A stretch of DNA of 64,000 nt, taken from positions 22,840,560 through 22,904,559 of the forward strand of contig NC_134027.1 of assembly GCF_964204645.1 (NCBI RefSeq), given 5' to 3'. How positions within the stretch are numbered: the stretch's first letter is position 1; every line of letters begins with the position of its first letter. The notes under the pieces are model-generated. The model did not search any database. It was not told the origin of the DNA and saw nothing but the letters and a program-made list of their open reading frames with translations. Made by a program: the position numbers and the translations under genes. Positions 63,126 to 64,000 of the stretch are shown one piece after another. The DNA comes from Tubulanus polymorphus (Eukaryota > Animalia > Nemertea).

Positions 63126-64000
63126 CTGAAGAGAAAACACGGGATGTGAATATTTTAGAAACAAACTTCACGTCATACTTTTTCTCGAATATCTAATTTG
63201 GCATTTCATTTTGTGTAGCCAACACATTTTTTTCTTCGAAAAAGTTTCTGAATGTGCTTTTGCTACAAATAAAATCCCTTTAGTATAGATTTCATTCTAT
63301 GCATTTCACCTTTCGTTTTCTGTTTCTTGCTTTTATCCACATTGGAGTTAATTGGATCAGTACCGCTTGCACCATTTACGACTGAAAATGAGCCACAAGT
63401 TTGAAAAAACAAGCAAAAAAAATTTCATACAATTCTATTCGAGAAAATCATTGTTGCGTCATCTATTATTCCTGACAACATTCGCATTATTTACAACAAC
63501 AACGATTCAGTAGTAATACTAAACTGGGAGTCATGATTTCAATGATTGAGGAAAATCGTGATTACTTTCTTAACAAAGCTTTTTCATCGAAAGTGACTTT
63601 ATTGATTCTGTACAAATTATCACGCATTTCTACGGCAATTGACGGCACTCTTCGTGTTTTCAATGATTTCAAGGAATCGGTAAAATCATGATTAGTTTCT
63701 AATGTAAGCCTCTAATGGAAGGTACCGTAGTCTATGCACTTATGGTGGCATGGAATTGTGCGCGACCAATTTCATTAAGTCTTTAGTCTAATACATCGTA
63801 AATAAAAATCGTAGCGGAAAATGCTTTTTGATTTTTTTTTTCACTTTATCTAGTTGGTTTTCATAAAACGAAATTTGAAAGAGTAAAACTATTGCCATTT
63901 CCTCTATGTAACTATGTGTATCGGTAAGTTCTTCGTGAATATACGGCACATGTAATCCTGCTATTCTAAGAGCATTTCACCAAATACGTTGATCGGTTCC

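Overview
This is AT-rich eukaryotic DNA with spliceosomal introns. It is probably from a marine invertebrate such as a lophotrochozoan, but that is inference. The window is dominated by a tandem cluster of at least seven related immunoglobulin-superfamily receptor genes or gene remnants (called G0-G6 here) with a nephrin/echinoid-like layout: signal peptide, unusual 6-Cys V-like domain, 4-6 further Ig exons, FN3, TM, tyrosine-motif tail. I reconstructed two full models by hand from GT-AG boundaries: G1 (+, 15 exons, ~935 aa, short tail) and G3 (-, 14 exons, ~849 aa, long tail). The genes fall into two classes that share very similar V/Ig ectodomains but have unrelated leaders, TM exons and cytoplasmic tails. 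The two classes sit head-to-head in a segmentally duplicated unit, which resembles a paired immune/recognition receptor complex. Also present: two tandem rhodopsin-family GPCR genes inside one copy of the head-to-head promoter region; a decayed chromodomain Gypsy LTR element inside G5, which itself hosts a very young BEL/Pao element and a MULE-like element; several MITEs; LINE 3' ends; and two minimal hammerhead-ribozyme motifs. All gene models are manual and unverified by transcripts.
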